Under the pieces are notes generated by a model. That model was given only the letters and a program-made list of their open reading frames with translations, was not told the DNA's origin and searched no databases. Of a DNA stretch of 47,292 nt, positions 45,191 to 47,292 are shown piece after piece. Each line of letters opens with the position of its first letter. Position 1 is the stretch's first letter. The DNA comes from a virus (Duplodnaviria > Caudoviricetes), in the IMG/VR virus record IMGVR_UViG_3300007643_000273, positions 1 to 47,292 of that record; one strand, given 5' to 3'. The translations under genes were made by a program, and so were the position numbers.

Positions 45191-45411
45191 AGCTCACCTC
45201 GAATCTCATCGGCGGCGATATCCAACAACGCAATGCGAAGTTTGTGGATCGCGCAAAGTTCAATTTGAGCGACGCGCGAACGCGACATCGGATAGCCCTT
45301 AGAGGTCATAATGTCCGCCACTTCCTCATGGGTAAGAATCGCCGTATTTTTTCCGATCGACTCTTGCCGAATGATCTTTTTGTTGCTCACTTGTCGCGGT
45401 ATCGCGCTCAC
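45187..45411 (-). CDS. Sigma70 region-4-like HTH protein
   Basis: LTHEEVA...MSRSRVAQIE..AIHKLR. Confidence 0.65.
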   Translation of the reverse strand: MSAIPRQVSNKKIIRQESIGKNTAILTHEEVADIMTSKGYPMSRSRVAQIELCAIHKLRIALLDIAADEIRGEL

Positions 45412-45653
45412 AATGCAGCCTCCTCAAATACGTCCGACGCGTGGCGAGCAACGACCCCTGCCATCGCATCGGCAACCGTTTCATAAACTTCAAGCAATGC
45501 GCCTTCTGGCTCCTTGTCAAACACCGCCCAATTTTCACAGGCCGTCATGCCGATCCAATAATCGCCGATGCGAGCGTTTTCAGAATCGATAACGTCCCAA
45601 CCTTCGAAGCCAAACAGCTCAACCGTCAGATCAACAGCGTCAGAGAGAATCAT
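45408..45653 (-). CDS. Hypothetical acidic protein
   Basis: Overlapping start and stop codons with both neighbours. Confidence 0.6.
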   Translation of the reverse strand: MILSDAVDLTVELFGFEGWDVIDSENARIGDYWIGMTACENWAVFDKEPEGALLEVYETVADAMAGVVARHASDVFEEAAL

Positions 45654-46213
45654 GCCCGCGCCTCCTCATTCGCTCGCCTGATAACCTCATGCCCGAGGTT
45701 CGTTACCTTGAGATCTCCGCAGTCACAATCGACCAACTTGTTTTCGATCAACCACATATACGTTGGCTCGGGAATCTTCGCACCGCTGTGAATGTTTTGG
45801 GCCTTGCAATCTTCCCGAATCCAGTTGCCGCTCGCGACCTTTTGGAGAAAGGTCAAGCGTTGCTCTGTCACAATCAGCGCACCGATTCGCACATCGATCT
45901 CCTCTGCTATGGAAATTGGAAACTCAACTTTGGCGACGTCCAACAAGGCAACTCGCAGCTTGTGAAGCGCCCGCCGCTCGGTCTCCTGCACCGACTTTCT
46001 TCCCATCGGGTAGCCGCGCGCCGTCATCAAGTCGGCAACTTCCTGTTGAGTTCGAACGGTGTAACCGTCATCGTTCGAAGCGTTAGAAAGATGGCCGCCG
46101 GGCGGACGGTTCACGCGGGCAGAACGCTCCCCGTCAACTGCATCGCGGGCAGAACGATCGCAGTCGTAAGAATGCCCGGCGGCCAATTCGATTATTTTTT
46201 TTGTGGAACTCAC
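45650..46213 (-). CDS. Protein with sigma70 region-4-like HTH and C-terminal winged-helix-like segment
   Basis: RTQQEVA...MGRKSVQETE.RALHKLR; GTGA overlap start. Confidence 0.6.
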   Translation of the reverse strand: MSSTKKIIELAAGHSYDCDRSARDAVDGERSARVNRPPGGHLSNASNDDGYTVRTQQEVADLMTARGYPMGRKSVQETERRALHKLRVALLDVAKVEFPISIAEEIDVRIGALIVTEQRLTFLQKVASGNWIREDCKAQNIHSGAKIPEPTYMWLIENKLVDCDCGDLKVTNLGHEVIRRANEEARA

Positions 46214-46425
46214 AGCTTTTTCTCTGTGAGGAACGGACGCAAGCAATCAAGCGCTTCACCGCATTTGCCACCCCAGCATCCGATAATCAAACGCATAATT
46301 GCATCTTGATTCGCGCTGTCGAGGTACGATCCGCTTTCGAACATCCAATCGGCAACATCGCCGAGAGTTTCCAGCCCACGATCCGACCGCATGAGCTGCT
46401 TTATGGCTTTTTCAAATTCAGACAT
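46210..46425 (-). CDS. Hypothetical protein
   Basis: MSEFEKAIKQ start; coupled to the next gene. Confidence 0.5.
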   Translation of the reverse strand: MSEFEKAIKQLMRSDRGLETLGDVADWMFESGSYLDSANQDAIMRLIIGCWGGKCGEALDCLRPFLTEKKL

Positions 46426-46827
46426 CGGACGGCGAACTTGCGCAGCCCCAATCGCCGCCGCCAAACGTCGATGGGGTGAGCTGAAAAAACCAGCTCAGGA
46501 AAACGAACGAATCACACGCCGCAAACCGGGATGCAATCGGAAATCAAACGCACTGAAGAGGCGATTGAAGATGCGGCGGCGGTCCGTTCGAAAAACAATT
46601 GAATCGGGTGCATCCGTATCAGGGCTCAAAAGTAGCTTCAGTAACATTCGAGTGAAGCCGCTTTTGGCGAAGCGACTTCGAAAAGTTGACAGACGCAGAT
46701 TATGCGCATGCCCGATCGTACGTCAAGCAAGTTTTGAGCAACCCGCGCTGAAATAAATTCGCGGCAGTTCGGAAAGATAAGCAAGGGTTAGAGTTACCCT
46801 TACAAAAAAATCTTAGAAATTCCGGCT

Positions 46828-47181
46828 CTATCGACCAAAGATGCCGAGAGAAAACGAGACCATCCGAAAGCTGTAGGCGAGGGCTAACAACGAACACCCC
46901 AGCATGAGCCCAGGCAGATATGGCAATGGCCAAACGCAAAGTGAAGCGATGACAAACAAAATCACAACCGCCATAGATTTGGTCGTTCGATCAAACCAAA
47001 CAAACGGCTCTGCTGGCTCGGGAAGATGATCGGTCGATGCGTTCACATCGTCGGCTGGTTCTGGCGAACCATCTTCTCGAAGTGGCTCGAGCAACATCGA
47101 GTCTGGCGGTTCGAGGGGTAGAGACTGAGCCGGCGGCGATGGCCGCTTCGAGACCGGCGGAGGAATCGGTTTTTCTTTCAT
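46828..47181 (-). CDS. Pro-rich protein with two C-terminal TM helices (track start 47292 less likely)
   Basis: Pro-rich N-terminus; hydrophobic C-terminus; the upstream extension runs through a terminator. Confidence 0.5.
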   Translation of the reverse strand: MKEKPIPPPVSKRPSPPAQSLPLEPPDSMLLEPLREDGSPEPADDVNASTDHLPEPAEPFVWFDRTTKSMAVVILFVIASLCVWPLPYLPGLMLGCSLLALAYSFRMVSFSLGIFGR

Positions 47182-47192
47182 TGGATTATCCG

Positions 47193-47230
47193 AAAAAAAA
47201 GGCCCGTCTGAGCGCCAACCCAGACGGACC
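47193..47230 (-). terminator. Rho-independent terminator
   Basis: GGTCCGTCTG-loop-CAGACGGGCC followed by T8. Confidence 0.7.
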
Positions 47231-47292
47231 ATGATCGAAGCAATTGTCAACTTTTCTTCTGAAGCGAGAGCCGCAAAAGAAGCTTCGACCAT

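Larger units (their letters stand above)
1700..47292 (-). mobile_element. Lambda-like siphovirus prophage integrated at tRNA-Lys; right end beyond the window
   Basis: att-like tRNA fragment; co-oriented, tightly overlapping terminase, portal, capsid, tail and early genes. Confidence 0.93.

Noticed and set aside
2380-47234. Numerous plus-strand ORFs in the track
   Set aside because: Antisense shadows of minus-strand phage genes with no recognisable motifs; only 24584..24817 was kept

Overview
After one host gene (1..1284, Tat-exported beta-propeller protein), the window is a lambda-like (GpA terminase, lambda-type portal) siphovirus prophage, most likely of a planctomycete (inferred from gene content). 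It is encoded almost entirely on the minus strand. The left boundary is a duplicated 3' half of tRNA-Lys(UUU) at 1700..1742; the right end is outside the window. From right to left the order is: early/replication genes (including an internal tyrosine recombinase and an adenine methyltransferase); an atypical lysis-position module with no recognisable endolysin or holin; a lambda-like cos site (~31.07-31.10 kb); a ~6.9 kb insert between cos and terS; head genes; tail genes; and a terminal glycosidase-like plus sulfotransferase-like pair. The cos-terS insert carries a ParB-like gene plus an ABC-ATPase/Mom-like GNAT fusion, and a DUF932/amidoligase/class II glutamine amidotransferase/HExxH peptidase/RHH cassette punctuated by a 55-bp direct repeat. 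Other notable signals: three copies of a TTTACAA-N3-TTGTAAA palindrome at fixed spacing before late operons, an Ogr-like zinc finger, a -1 frameshift tail chaperone, a HAD hydrolase fused to a possible nucleotide-sponge hairpin domain, a membrane-anchored receiver domain, and a multi-stem RNA with an anti-SD loop. All product calls come from motif recognition by eye; no database search was run.
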